DNA of 64,000 nt from Candidatus Gastranaerophilales bacterium. GTDB lineage: Bacteria > Cyanobacteriota > Vampirovibrionia > Gastranaerophilales > Gastranaerophilaceae. A program made the translations under genes and the position numbers. Position 1 is the stretch's first letter, and the number at the start of each line of letters is the position of its first letter. The notes below the pieces were generated by a model. That model was not told where the DNA came from. It saw only the letters and a list, made by a program, of their open reading frames with translations, and ran no database searches. The stretch covers positions 2,719 to 66,718 of the forward strand of contig QAMI01000059.1 of the NCBI GenBank assembly GCA_003150395.1, in the 5' to 3' direction. Positions 19,031-28,106 of this stretch are shown here, piece by piece.

Positions 19031-20083
19031 ATGAAAAATGATTTTGCAAAAAACGAAGCATATAAATATCGCGGCGCAATCCATGTTCATTCTACTTTTT
19101 CAGATGGTTCAGGTGATATTTTTGAAATTGTTTCAGCCGCGAAAAAAGCCGGCCTTTCCTGGATTATTGTAACCGATCACAATAATCTTGATATTCAGGA
19201 AGGAATTTACAGCGGAATTTATGTTTTGAAAGGCGAAGAAATTTCACCGCCGGATGATAATCATTATCTGGCTTTTGGTATTGATGATGTTATCCAGCCT
19301 TCAGAAAATCCGGAAATATATGTTCAGGAAGTAAGAACCCGCGGCGGATTTGGATTTGCCGCGCACCCGGATGAGTCAGAGAAAAGAAAAAACAATGCAA
19401 AGCCAATTAAATGGCTCGATAAAACAATAAAAGTAGACGGAGTGGAAATCTGGAACTGGTTTTCAGATTGGGCGAACAATTATGATGAAACAAATATTTT
19501 TACAATCGCATATGCTTATTTTTTCAGACATAATCTCATTAAAGGGCCTTCTTTCGAAACTTTGAAATGGTGGGATGAGCTGAACAACAATGCCGCAGAA
19601 ATTGTTCCTGCAATAGGCGGGGTCGATGCGCATGCTCTGAAAATTTCCAAATACATAATTCCTCTTAAAATTTTTCCTTACGAATGCTGCTTCAAGACTC
19701 TGAACAATATTATTACGCTTGAAAATCCTTTGCCAGAATGTTTTGAAGAAGCTAAAATGACTATTTTCAATGCCATTAAAAGAGGCTCAAATATTATTAT
19801 TAATCAGAAACTCAATAACACAAAAAACTTTCCGGAATTTTATATTGCAAACTCAAATTCAAAAGCTTTTTGCGGAGACGCAATAACCTTGACTGACAAC
19901 ACATATTTGACAATAACAATCCCAAAATTTGCAAAAATAAAAGTTTTCAGAGACGGAAAACTGTTTAGTCAGGAATGCACAAACCTATTCCGGACTAAAC
20001 TTAAAAAACTCGGGAAATATCGTTTTGAAGCTTATTATAAAAATCACCCTTGGATTTATTCAAACCCGATTTGCGTGAAATAA
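19031..20083 (+). CDS. PHP-domain metallophosphoesterase (CehA/McbA-like)
   Basis: GAIHVHSTFSDGSG, IIVTDHNN, AAHPDE and GGVDAHA metal-ligand motifs. Confidence 0.7.
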   Translation: MKNDFAKNEAYKYRGAIHVHSTFSDGSGDIFEIVSAAKKAGLSWIIVTDHNNLDIQEGIYSGIYVLKGEEISPPDDNHYLAFGIDDVIQPSENPEIYVQEVRTRGGFGFAAHPDESEKRKNNAKPIKWLDKTIKVDGVEIWNWFSDWANNYDETNIFTIAYAYFFRHNLIKGPSFETLKWWDELNNNAAEIVPAIGGVDAHALKISKYIIPLKIFPYECCFKTLNNIITLENPLPECFEEAKMTIFNAIKRGSNIIINQKLNNTKNFPEFYIANSNSKAFCGDAITLTDNTYLTITIPKFAKIKVFRDGKLFSQECTNLFRTKLKKLGKYRFEAYYKNHPWIYSNPICVK

Positions 20084-20105
20084 CTTATGTGCTAGGATTA
20101 ACATT

Positions 20106-21257
20106 ATGGAAAATGCAGAAAATGAATTTAAATCAATAATGGAAGACACAATTCCTGCCAAAGACAGGGTTATTGCCTGGCCGAGAATGGGCAGGATTGA
20201 TATTCCTCTGAAAGCATTGCTGGTATCGCTTGGCGCGAAGGTTGTAATTCCGCCGCCAAACAGCAACGAAGCTCTCGAAATTGGTGTAAGAAACAGTATT
20301 GAAGGTATTTGTCTTCCTTACAAATTAAATCTTGCAAACTATATAATGGCACTTGATAAAGGCGCAAATACTTTGATGATGTTTCAGGCGCCGGGTTCTT
20401 GCAGGCTTGGAAATTATACAAAAATGGCTCAAAAAACATTAAAATCAATGGGTTATGAATTTGATTTGGTAATTTTTGACATGTATAAAAGCAAAATGAA
20501 ACAAACTTTACATGCCTTCTGGCATGTTACCCATTGTATAAATCCCTGGCGTTATTATAAAGGTTTCAGCCTTGGTTTTAATAAATTTTTTGCAATTGAT
20601 ACAGCAGAAAGACTTCTCTTTTATACCCGTCCGCGCGAGCTTAATAAGGGCGATGCAGAAAAATGCTACAATAAATGGCTTCAAATTACGGATGAAACAA
20701 ATTCGGTGTGGAAAGCTAAAAGACTGAAAAAACAAATTATTGAAGATTTCAAAAAAATTCCTATTGATAAAGATAAAAAAGTTCCGATAGTTTATTTAAT
20801 CGGGGAATTTTTTGTGCTTCTCGATCCTTATACAAACCAGAATATTGAAAAAGAATTGGGCGATATGGGAGTTGAAGTTCAACGCCAGATTATGTTTGGC
20901 GACTGGCTTGAGCATGTATTGAAACCGTCTCTTTTATATAAAAGAGAATCTCACAGAGCACGCTCTGTGAGATATGCTTCCCCCTATATGAAACGTGCGA
21001 TAGGCGGCGAGTGCATAGAGACTGTCGGTGATACAGTTTATGCCGCAAAACATGGCGTTGACGGAGTAATACATATTTCACCGTTTTCCTGCATGCCTGA
21101 AATCGTTGCGCAGAATATTCTGCCCAAAGTCAGCAAAAATGAAGATATTCCAATTCTGTCGCTTGTTCTGGATGAACAGACTGGTAAAGCAGGATATCTT
21201 ACAAGGATTGAGGCGTTTATTGATTTGATTAAGCGCAAAAAAATGAAAAAGAATTAA
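20106..21257 (+). CDS. Acyl-CoA dehydratase-activase-related protein (paralogous to 17942..19021 at the C-terminus)
   Basis: ISPFSCMPEIV...LVLDEQTGKAGYLTRIEAFIDLI parallels the C-terminus of the first gene. Confidence 0.6.
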   Translation: MENAENEFKSIMEDTIPAKDRVIAWPRMGRIDIPLKALLVSLGAKVVIPPPNSNEALEIGVRNSIEGICLPYKLNLANYIMALDKGANTLMMFQAPGSCRLGNYTKMAQKTLKSMGYEFDLVIFDMYKSKMKQTLHAFWHVTHCINPWRYYKGFSLGFNKFFAIDTAERLLFYTRPRELNKGDAEKCYNKWLQITDETNSVWKAKRLKKQIIEDFKKIPIDKDKKVPIVYLIGEFFVLLDPYTNQNIEKELGDMGVEVQRQIMFGDWLEHVLKPSLLYKRESHRARSVRYASPYMKRAIGGECIETVGDTVYAAKHGVDGVIHISPFSCMPEIVAQNILPKVSKNEDIPILSLVLDEQTGKAGYLTRIEAFIDLIKRKKMKKN

Positions 21258-21369
21258 TAATATGTAAAGTTTCTTGTATTATATTGGCCGATCGGCTAAT
21301 TTTTATTGTATGGTTTGCATGTTCATGATATTATAATTTTGACTAAAATAATATTGTACATGAGGGGAT

Positions 21370-22428
21370 ATGATGATTACCGAATCAAGAAACAAAATGA
21401 CGTTCGAGCGTCTAAAGTATTATAGACACCTTGGCGGCGGGGCTCTTGAATGTATTGCGAGCAGACTTTCAAAAACTCCAAAACCGTTGTGCTTTTCGCT
21501 TATGGTTACAAGCAAATGTAACTGTGATTGTGACTTCTGTTTCTGGAAACACAAAAAAGGCACGGATGACATGCCAAAAGAAGAAATTATAAGACTTTTG
21601 ACAGAAGCAGGCCAAATCGGTTATATGGATAGCATTCTCTGGGGCGGTGAACCTTTAATCAGACAGGATTTCGCAGAAATTTGTAAAGCGTCTCATGATG
21701 CAGGTTTATATACAAAAATCGCAACAAACGGCTGGTATCTTGAAACTAATCCTGATTTTGCCCAATATACAGATTTAATGTTTGTGTCATTAGACGCAAT
21801 AGGTAAGGCGCATGACGATATTCGCCACATGCCCGGAATTTGCGATAAAGTCATGTCCGGTATTGAATATCACAAAATTCATTCACCCAAAATGAGAATT
21901 TATGTATGCTGTACTGTTTCAACTCAGACTAATTTTGAACAAATAAAAGAAGTTGCTCAATACTGTAAAGATGCGGATATTTTGTTGTATTTCACTGTTA
22001 ACAAAGCCGCTTCAATACCTGAAGAAGCTGAAAATGTTCTTGCGACTGAACTTGAAAATGAACAACTTTCACAAATGTTTGTCAAGATTAAAGAGCTTAA
22101 AAAACAAGGCTATCCGATTAGAAATTCATACTATTTCATGGACTACATTATTGACAAGAAAACTTACTATGAATGCCATTGGCCAAGAATTGCAACTGTT
22201 ATTTATTCAAACGGTGACATGCTTAGATGTTATGACAGAAAACCTTTTATAAGTGTCAGAAACAGACCTTTAAAAGATGTTATAAAAGATCCTCTGTTTA
22301 TCGAAACAGTAAACAAATGCAAAGATTGTAAACTAGCATGCGTCGGAAATTATGCACTTGATGCGTCTGGCCTTTGGAAACTTGAATGGCCTGCAATCAA
22401 ATCTTTGATGGAAATTGCTATTACATAA
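21370..22428 (+). CDS. Radical SAM protein
   Basis: CNCDCDFC contains CX3CX2C; GGEPLIRQDF; Cys-containing C-terminal region. Confidence 0.75.
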   Translation: MMITESRNKMTFERLKYYRHLGGGALECIASRLSKTPKPLCFSLMVTSKCNCDCDFCFWKHKKGTDDMPKEEIIRLLTEAGQIGYMDSILWGGEPLIRQDFAEICKASHDAGLYTKIATNGWYLETNPDFAQYTDLMFVSLDAIGKAHDDIRHMPGICDKVMSGIEYHKIHSPKMRIYVCCTVSTQTNFEQIKEVAQYCKDADILLYFTVNKAASIPEEAENVLATELENEQLSQMFVKIKELKKQGYPIRNSYYFMDYIIDKKTYYECHWPRIATVIYSNGDMLRCYDRKPFISVRNRPLKDVIKDPLFIETVNKCKDCKLACVGNYALDASGLWKLEWPAIKSLMEIAIT

Positions 22429-22476
22429 AATTGTTTTTTACTTAAGAATTGTGAAAATAAAATTAAAAGGGATATT

Positions 22477-24948
22477 ATGAAAAAAATACTTACATTAGCA
22501 ATATTGTTGACATTCTGTATGGAACCTTTAGCATTTGCGTCATCCGATGTCGCAGATACAGCTTCGGCCGCTGCCAGGGTTAAAATGGTGCAGAATGAAG
22601 ATCCGGCAATTAATCTTGATGCATTTGAAAATAATTATCAGGAAGCCGCAGAATCTTCCGCTCCAAAAGTTGTCCTAAGTCCTATAGAACAAATCTTTAA
22701 CGGAAAAGATACCGCTGTTTCAGGAAAAGTTCTTCACCAGGCAGGTTATGATCTTTTCACCTCAGGTTCAACGTCGCAAACTTCCGTAGGTAAATTTGGC
22801 AATTCCTATAAGTTAAGTATCGGCGAAAAAATCAATGTTTATACTTACGGAGATTCGGTTGACGTAATGGCAATTTCCGGAGCAAGTCTTGTTTCACCTT
22901 CATCTTCAACCCAGGTTGATTCAAAGGGTAATATTTTTATCCCTGGAGTAGGTTTAGTTAAAGCCGAAAACAGAACAATAAGCGATGTTGAGAATGAAGT
23001 TAACCGTGTTGCTGCACAAAAATATAAAAGTATGAAAATACGACTAACTGTTGCAACAGGTCAGGAATTTTCAGTATTTGTATACGGTCAGGTTAACAGA
23101 CCGGGCAGAGTCTTGATTGGAAATAATTCATCAGTTTTCGATGCGTTAAACGCAGCAGGCGGAGTTAAGAAAACTGGTACCTTAAGAAACATTTCATACA
23201 CCTCTGATAACAAAACAAAAAGTGTGGATTTATATAAAACTTTGTTCTTCGGAAACGATGATGGAATTATTGTTCGTCCAAACGACAAAATTTTTGTAGG
23301 CAAAATCGGTGATGTTGCAGCAATTAAAAACGGTGTAACTGTTCCTGCAATATATGAAATCCTTCCGGGAGAAAATATTGAAAAAGTCGTTGCTTTTGCA
23401 GGGGGATTGTTACCGCAGACACAAGTTTCTGAAGTTACTCTAATCGGATTTGATGTAAACCTTAAACAAAAGACAGCAGAAAACATTGCCTGGGATAAAG
23501 CAAGGTCAAAAGTTCTTAGAAGCGGTGATTCTGTAGAATTCAGAGAATTATACAATAATGCTGAAAATATCGTAACAATTCAAGGTAATGTAAAACATCC
23601 GACAACTTATGCTTATAAAGAAGGCATGAGGCTTTCTGACATTTTGAAAAGTGAAGACGAATTGTTAGAAGAAACTTTCATAAACCAGGCTGTTATTAGA
23701 AGAATTTCAGGTAAAGATAATACTATTGAAACAATTCCGATTTTCTTAAAAGAATTTTTCGCAGGAATGAACGATCCTGTTTTACAGCCGAAAGATATTA
23801 TTAATGTTTATAAAAATACAAATTCATTATTTGTGGACGTATATGGTTGTATAAACACCCCTAAACATCTTACATATACAGCCGGCATGACTCTAAACGA
23901 TGTTATGACAGATATTCAGTTCCTTGAATCAGATGTACAAAAACAGGATGTTGAAACTGAAAATAAAGAACAAGCAGAAACTGAGGTTGCATATCAAAAA
24001 GGCGCTGTTGAAGAAAACAGTGTTCATCTGGCTGCAGGAACCGCAAATTCAAACAAACTTATACCGGCAGAAAAAGTAGCTGTTGAAATTACAACTCCGA
24101 GCGGTGCTACTCAGGTTTACTATTTATATGATATAATGATAAATTCAGATAGAATTAAATCTATTGCTATCTCACCAGAGGATAAAATTTTCTTCAGAAC
24201 CCTGCGCGGAAATGAAGTTATGAAAACCGTTAAAGTTTCAGGTTTCGTAAAACATCCGGGCGTTTACACTTTTGTTGAAGGTAAAAGACTTGCTGATGTT
24301 ATAAAGATGGCCGGCGGGCTCTCTAAAGAAGCTGATTTGCGCGGAGTTGTATTCAAAAGGACTAACCTTCAGGGCAAACAGGTTGAACTTGCTCATAAAA
24401 ATAACGAGCGTGACATAAAACTTATCGAAGGTAGAATGGCCAGTGCGTATAAACCAACAGAAGCCGATCAGCAGTCAAAAGCTGAGATGTTAGAAATGCT
24501 AAAAGCTGAAGATCAGACAATTGCACAAAAATACACAGGGCAAATTGCTTTGAATATAAAGGATAACGATATAGATAAAATCAAAGATTTGGATAATATA
24601 GAAGTTCAGGATGGTGATGATATCTATATACCTAGAACTTCAAACCATGTAAGTATTATTGGTGAAGTTTACAATGAACAATCCTTTGTATACAAAAAAG
24701 GGGCAAATGCAAAATATTATATAAAAGAAGTTGGCGGCTATACTCCAAACGCAAACAAATTCCGACTTTATAAAGTAAGCGTAAATGGTCGCGCAGAAAA
24801 AATCAGAAACGGCAGCGATATTCAGCCCGGTGACACTATAGTTGTTCCGAGAAAAATTGCCGGGAATGATTGGATTACGCCAATATGTGAAACCCTTAAA
24901 GGTGTAGCGTCAATTATCGTTATGGCATTTGCTATCAATAAGTGGTAA
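22477..24948 (+). CDS. Polysaccharide export protein (Poly_export plus multiple SLBB-like repeats, Wza-related)
   Basis: 823 aa with a signal peptide. Repeated segments of the type V.V.G.V..PG.Y....G.RL.D.I..AGG. Confidence 0.7.
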   Translation: MKKILTLAILLTFCMEPLAFASSDVADTASAAARVKMVQNEDPAINLDAFENNYQEAAESSAPKVVLSPIEQIFNGKDTAVSGKVLHQAGYDLFTSGSTSQTSVGKFGNSYKLSIGEKINVYTYGDSVDVMAISGASLVSPSSSTQVDSKGNIFIPGVGLVKAENRTISDVENEVNRVAAQKYKSMKIRLTVATGQEFSVFVYGQVNRPGRVLIGNNSSVFDALNAAGGVKKTGTLRNISYTSDNKTKSVDLYKTLFFGNDDGIIVRPNDKIFVGKIGDVAAIKNGVTVPAIYEILPGENIEKVVAFAGGLLPQTQVSEVTLIGFDVNLKQKTAENIAWDKARSKVLRSGDSVEFRELYNNAENIVTIQGNVKHPTTYAYKEGMRLSDILKSEDELLEETFINQAVIRRISGKDNTIETIPIFLKEFFAGMNDPVLQPKDIINVYKNTNSLFVDVYGCINTPKHLTYTAGMTLNDVMTDIQFLESDVQKQDVETENKEQAETEVAYQKGAVEENSVHLAAGTANSNKLIPAEKVAVEITTPSGATQVYYLYDIMINSDRIKSIAISPEDKIFFRTLRGNEVMKTVKVSGFVKHPGVYTFVEGKRLADVIKMAGGLSKEADLRGVVFKRTNLQGKQVELAHKNNERDIKLIEGRMASAYKPTEADQQSKAEMLEMLKAEDQTIAQKYTGQIALNIKDNDIDKIKDLDNIEVQDGDDIYIPRTSNHVSIIGEVYNEQSFVYKKGANAKYYIKEVGGYTPNANKFRLYKVSVNGRAEKIRNGSDIQPGDTIVVPRKIAGNDWITPICETLKGVASIIVMAFAINKW

Positions 24949-25806
24949 TTAGTTACTAAAAACTTTTACAGATTTAGGGGCGACTTTGATATCAATGTCG
25001 CCTTTAAATTTTTGTTTTTCTCCATCAACATGACAGGTAGTAAAGTCGTTTTTTATGTACAATTCTTTTGCCTGAAAATACATCGCTTTTGAACCGCTGA
25101 ATTTTTTGTTAAGCAAAATCATTAAAAACTCTATAAAATACATAATCGGATTTTGAACTTTCAGTATGAAAACATCCAACAACTCATCATCAAGTTTGCA
25201 GTTGTTTGAAATTGAAACCAGATTTTTAAACATATTTCCTGCATTTGCAATTATGATGCAGGTTGCAAGAACAGAAATCTTTTTTTCATCAGCAGTAATC
25301 GTGTATTTTTTTCTTTTTAACCTTAGTGCAAAAATTATACCCGATAAAAAATATGCAAAATATCCGAATTTATTTTTCAAACTTTGCGGCGTTTTGCAAA
25401 TAATATCTGAATCGTAACCAAAACCTGCTCTCAAGATTGAAAATTTTTCATTTACCTTTATAACATCAATTGTTTTGATATTATTTTTCTTAATAACTTC
25501 AAGAGATTTTTGAATATTTGTGGAAATCCCGAGTTTTGCGGCCAAAAGGTTTGCTGTGCCGCATGGAATTATCGCTAAAGCTTTGTTAGTGTTAATTATA
25601 TATGGAATTATTTTGTTTACAGTACCGTCGCCGCCGATTGCAATTACAGTTTTAATCTCCTGAAAATCAACCTCTGAAAGCTCGTCTATTCCAACGCTTT
25701 TAAATTCAGCGTTTTGGTTTAAGAGAAATTTGATAACATTTTTCTTATATTTGACGGCTTTTCTTCTTCCTGCATTCGGGTTGTTAACTATTAAAAATTT
25801 TTCCAT
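24949..25806 (-). CDS. Diacylglycerol-kinase-family lipid kinase (YegS/BmrU-like)
   Basis: IVNNPNAGRRKA and IAIGGDGTVN motifs. Confidence 0.75.
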   Translation of the reverse strand: MEKFLIVNNPNAGRRKAVKYKKNVIKFLLNQNAEFKSVGIDELSEVDFQEIKTVIAIGGDGTVNKIIPYIINTNKALAIIPCGTANLLAAKLGISTNIQKSLEVIKKNNIKTIDVIKVNEKFSILRAGFGYDSDIICKTPQSLKNKFGYFAYFLSGIIFALRLKRKKYTITADEKKISVLATCIIIANAGNMFKNLVSISNNCKLDDELLDVFILKVQNPIMYFIEFLMILLNKKFSGSKAMYFQAKELYIKNDFTTCHVDGEKQKFKGDIDIKVAPKSVKVFSN

Positions 25807-25906
25807 AAGTTGATTATTGCATGTTTAATATAACTTATCAATATGGCAAAAAATAAGAATACTTTTCATGTTTGTTATATAATAATATCATAATAAGGAG
25901 ACTAAA

Positions 25907-27433
25907 ATGAGAGTAGAAAAACAGTCAACTGTTTGGCAGCCTAATTCAATGGGAAAATTCGACAAATTAAAACTTAAATTCAATGATTTTGCTATTGATT
26001 GCCTTCTGAATTATCTGGGAAATAATTTCAGCAAAGAAAAACTTATAAATCTTGCAAAAATATTTGAAAAAATTGCAGGTTCAAAAGGCGGAATAAATCA
26101 CGCACGCAGAATGCAATGGCTTTTCAAATCAGAGCATCCGCACCTTTTCTGGTGGAAAAAGATTTTGACAGAACTCCACCCGAATTGCAGAAACAAATGG
26201 ATTAAAAACTTCTTTGTAAACGGATACTACGGCGACAATTTGAGAAAACGTACTCAATTCAATGAGAAAAACGGATTTTTCCCGCCAACTGTTCTGCTTG
26301 CAAGTATTACAAAACGCTGCAACTTCCACTGCAAAGGCTGTTGGGCGCATGAATATGATGTTAAAGAAGATTTGACAAAAGAAAAATGGAGAGAAATCTT
26401 CACAGAAGCTCGTGATGTCATGGGAATTCACATATTCCCAATTGTTGGCGGCGAACCTTTTGCAAGAAAAGAATTTCTTGAACTTGCCGAAGAATTTAAT
26501 GATTGTACATTTATAACATTTACAAACGGCTCGTTGATTACTGAAAAAACAGTAGAAAAATTAAAAAAACTCGGTAATGTTCAGCCAATGTTTTCGATAG
26601 GCGGGTTGAAAGAAAATACTGACGCAGTTCGCGGCGAAGGCTGTTTTGACATGGTTATGGAAAAAATGGCCATGCTTAAAAAAGCAGGAATTTTCTTTGG
26701 GGCAAGCATTACTGCAACAAGTCAAAACTGTGATGAAGTCACATCTGATGAATTCATGAAAATGCTCTCTGATAAAGGTGTTTTATGGGCCTGGTTTTTC
26801 CATTATGTTCCGGTCGGCGACAGCCCGGATGTAAGCATGGTTCCGAATGCCGCTCAAAGACAGCAGATTTTGAAGGCTGTTTATAACGCAAGAAATACTC
26901 TTCCGATGATGACGGTTGACTTCTGGGGCGACGGTCCTGAAATGATGGGTTGTATTGCAGGCGGCAGACAGTATATTCACGTAAATCCAAGAGGAGATGT
27001 TGAACCGTGTACTTTTGTTCACCTTGCAACACATAATCTTAAAGACTGCACTTTGACAGAAGCGCTTGCCGCACCGTTTATGCGTGCAATCAGGGATGGA
27101 ATTCCATACGAAGACGGGAACATGCTTCGTCCATGTATGATTGTTGACAGACCTGAAGTTTTGAGAAAATATTATGAAGAATTCAAACCTTATGAAACTC
27201 ATGAAAATGCAGCGGCTTATCTTACAAACCCTGAAATTACAGCAAAAATTGATAAATATTCTCAAGATGTAAAAGAAATTCTTGATAAAGATTGGCGCGA
27301 AAATCTCTGGATGACAATATTCCCCCTGGAAGGCGAATATTATGTGGACAGAGACCACTTCTGCTCGAAAGAACGCCCGCAAATTAAAGAAGAACATAAA
27401 TGTACAGGAAATTGTGCATGCTGTGGAAAATAA
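25907..27433 (+). CDS. Radical SAM protein with SPASM/twitch-like C-terminal Cys region
   Basis: CNFHCKGCW (CX3CX2C), VGGEPFARKEF, CIAGGRQYIHVNPRGDVEPCTF, and a terminal CTGNCACCGK. Confidence 0.75.
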   Translation: MRVEKQSTVWQPNSMGKFDKLKLKFNDFAIDCLLNYLGNNFSKEKLINLAKIFEKIAGSKGGINHARRMQWLFKSEHPHLFWWKKILTELHPNCRNKWIKNFFVNGYYGDNLRKRTQFNEKNGFFPPTVLLASITKRCNFHCKGCWAHEYDVKEDLTKEKWREIFTEARDVMGIHIFPIVGGEPFARKEFLELAEEFNDCTFITFTNGSLITEKTVEKLKKLGNVQPMFSIGGLKENTDAVRGEGCFDMVMEKMAMLKKAGIFFGASITATSQNCDEVTSDEFMKMLSDKGVLWAWFFHYVPVGDSPDVSMVPNAAQRQQILKAVYNARNTLPMMTVDFWGDGPEMMGCIAGGRQYIHVNPRGDVEPCTFVHLATHNLKDCTLTEALAAPFMRAIRDGIPYEDGNMLRPCMIVDRPEVLRKYYEEFKPYETHENAAAYLTNPEITAKIDKYSQDVKEILDKDWRENLWMTIFPLEGEYYVDRDHFCSKERPQIKEEHKCTGNCACCGK

Positions 27434-28074
27434 GCTTTGTTCTTGCTTTAGTATTCGTAATTTTATGTGTTTTAATAACTTCCTGTTCTGTTGTAACCCA
27501 ATGGGACAGGAGTTTTATCATATTTATTCAAGAACGGCTGGCATTTTTACCGAATTGGATTCCAATGCTTCCTGATTGTGTTCTTTATACTGCGATGATA
27601 ATTTTGCCTCTTGGGCTTGGTGTTGTATTTTTTTTCAAAAAAAGATTGTGGGCTGATTTAATTTGCTTTTTATCAATTCCGCTTGTAACCTTTTTGCTTA
27701 ATTGTATTTTAAAACCTCTAATTCATCGTTCAAGACCGCCTTTGGAATTACAAATTACCTCAATCCATCCCGACAGTTTCAGTTTTGTCTCAAGCCACAG
27801 TTTGGTCACAATTTGTCTTTGGGGCATGGTAATTTTTTATTTAATTCAATATTGCAGAAATAAATTTTTGAAAATTTTTGGAATTTCCGTCTCTATTTTA
27901 TGGATTTTATTTGTGGGCTTAAGCCGCGTCTGGATAGGCGTCCATAACCCGACAGACGTTCTCGGAGCATATATTTTGGGCCTTCTGCTTTTAAGTTTTT
28001 ATATCTTATTGCCTGCACAAGTTAGTAAGGTTTTGAATTTGATTTTCAAGCGTATAAAAAATCCGGCTAAATAA
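27400..28074 (+). CDS. PAP2-family phosphatase (integral membrane)
   Basis: KPLIHRSRPP, SFVSSHS and SRVWIGVHNPTDV match the three PAP2 motifs. It overlaps the preceding gene by 34 nt. Confidence 0.8.
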   Translation: MYRKLCMLWKISFVLALVFVILCVLITSCSVVTQWDRSFIIFIQERLAFLPNWIPMLPDCVLYTAMIILPLGLGVVFFFKKRLWADLICFLSIPLVTFLLNCILKPLIHRSRPPLELQITSIHPDSFSFVSSHSLVTICLWGMVIFYLIQYCRNKFLKIFGISVSILWILFVGLSRVWIGVHNPTDVLGAYILGLLLLSFYILLPAQVSKVLNLIFKRIKNPAK

Positions 28075-28087
28075 CCGGATTTTTTAT
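28057..28087. terminator. Bidirectional intrinsic terminator
   Basis: AAAAATCCGG-ctaaataa-CCGGATTTTT between convergent genes. Confidence 0.75.
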
Positions 28088-28106
28088 TATTCTGATTTAA
28101 TCCTAA

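Noticed and set aside
23088-27397. Antisense or overlapping track ORFs inside well-supported genes (for example 23088..23555, 26129..26431, 26783..27397; likewise 8266..8751, 37628..38168 and 57506..57931)
   Set aside because: Each is fully contained in a longer ORF with clear family motifs on the other strand or frame. None has recognisable features or ribosome-binding sites.
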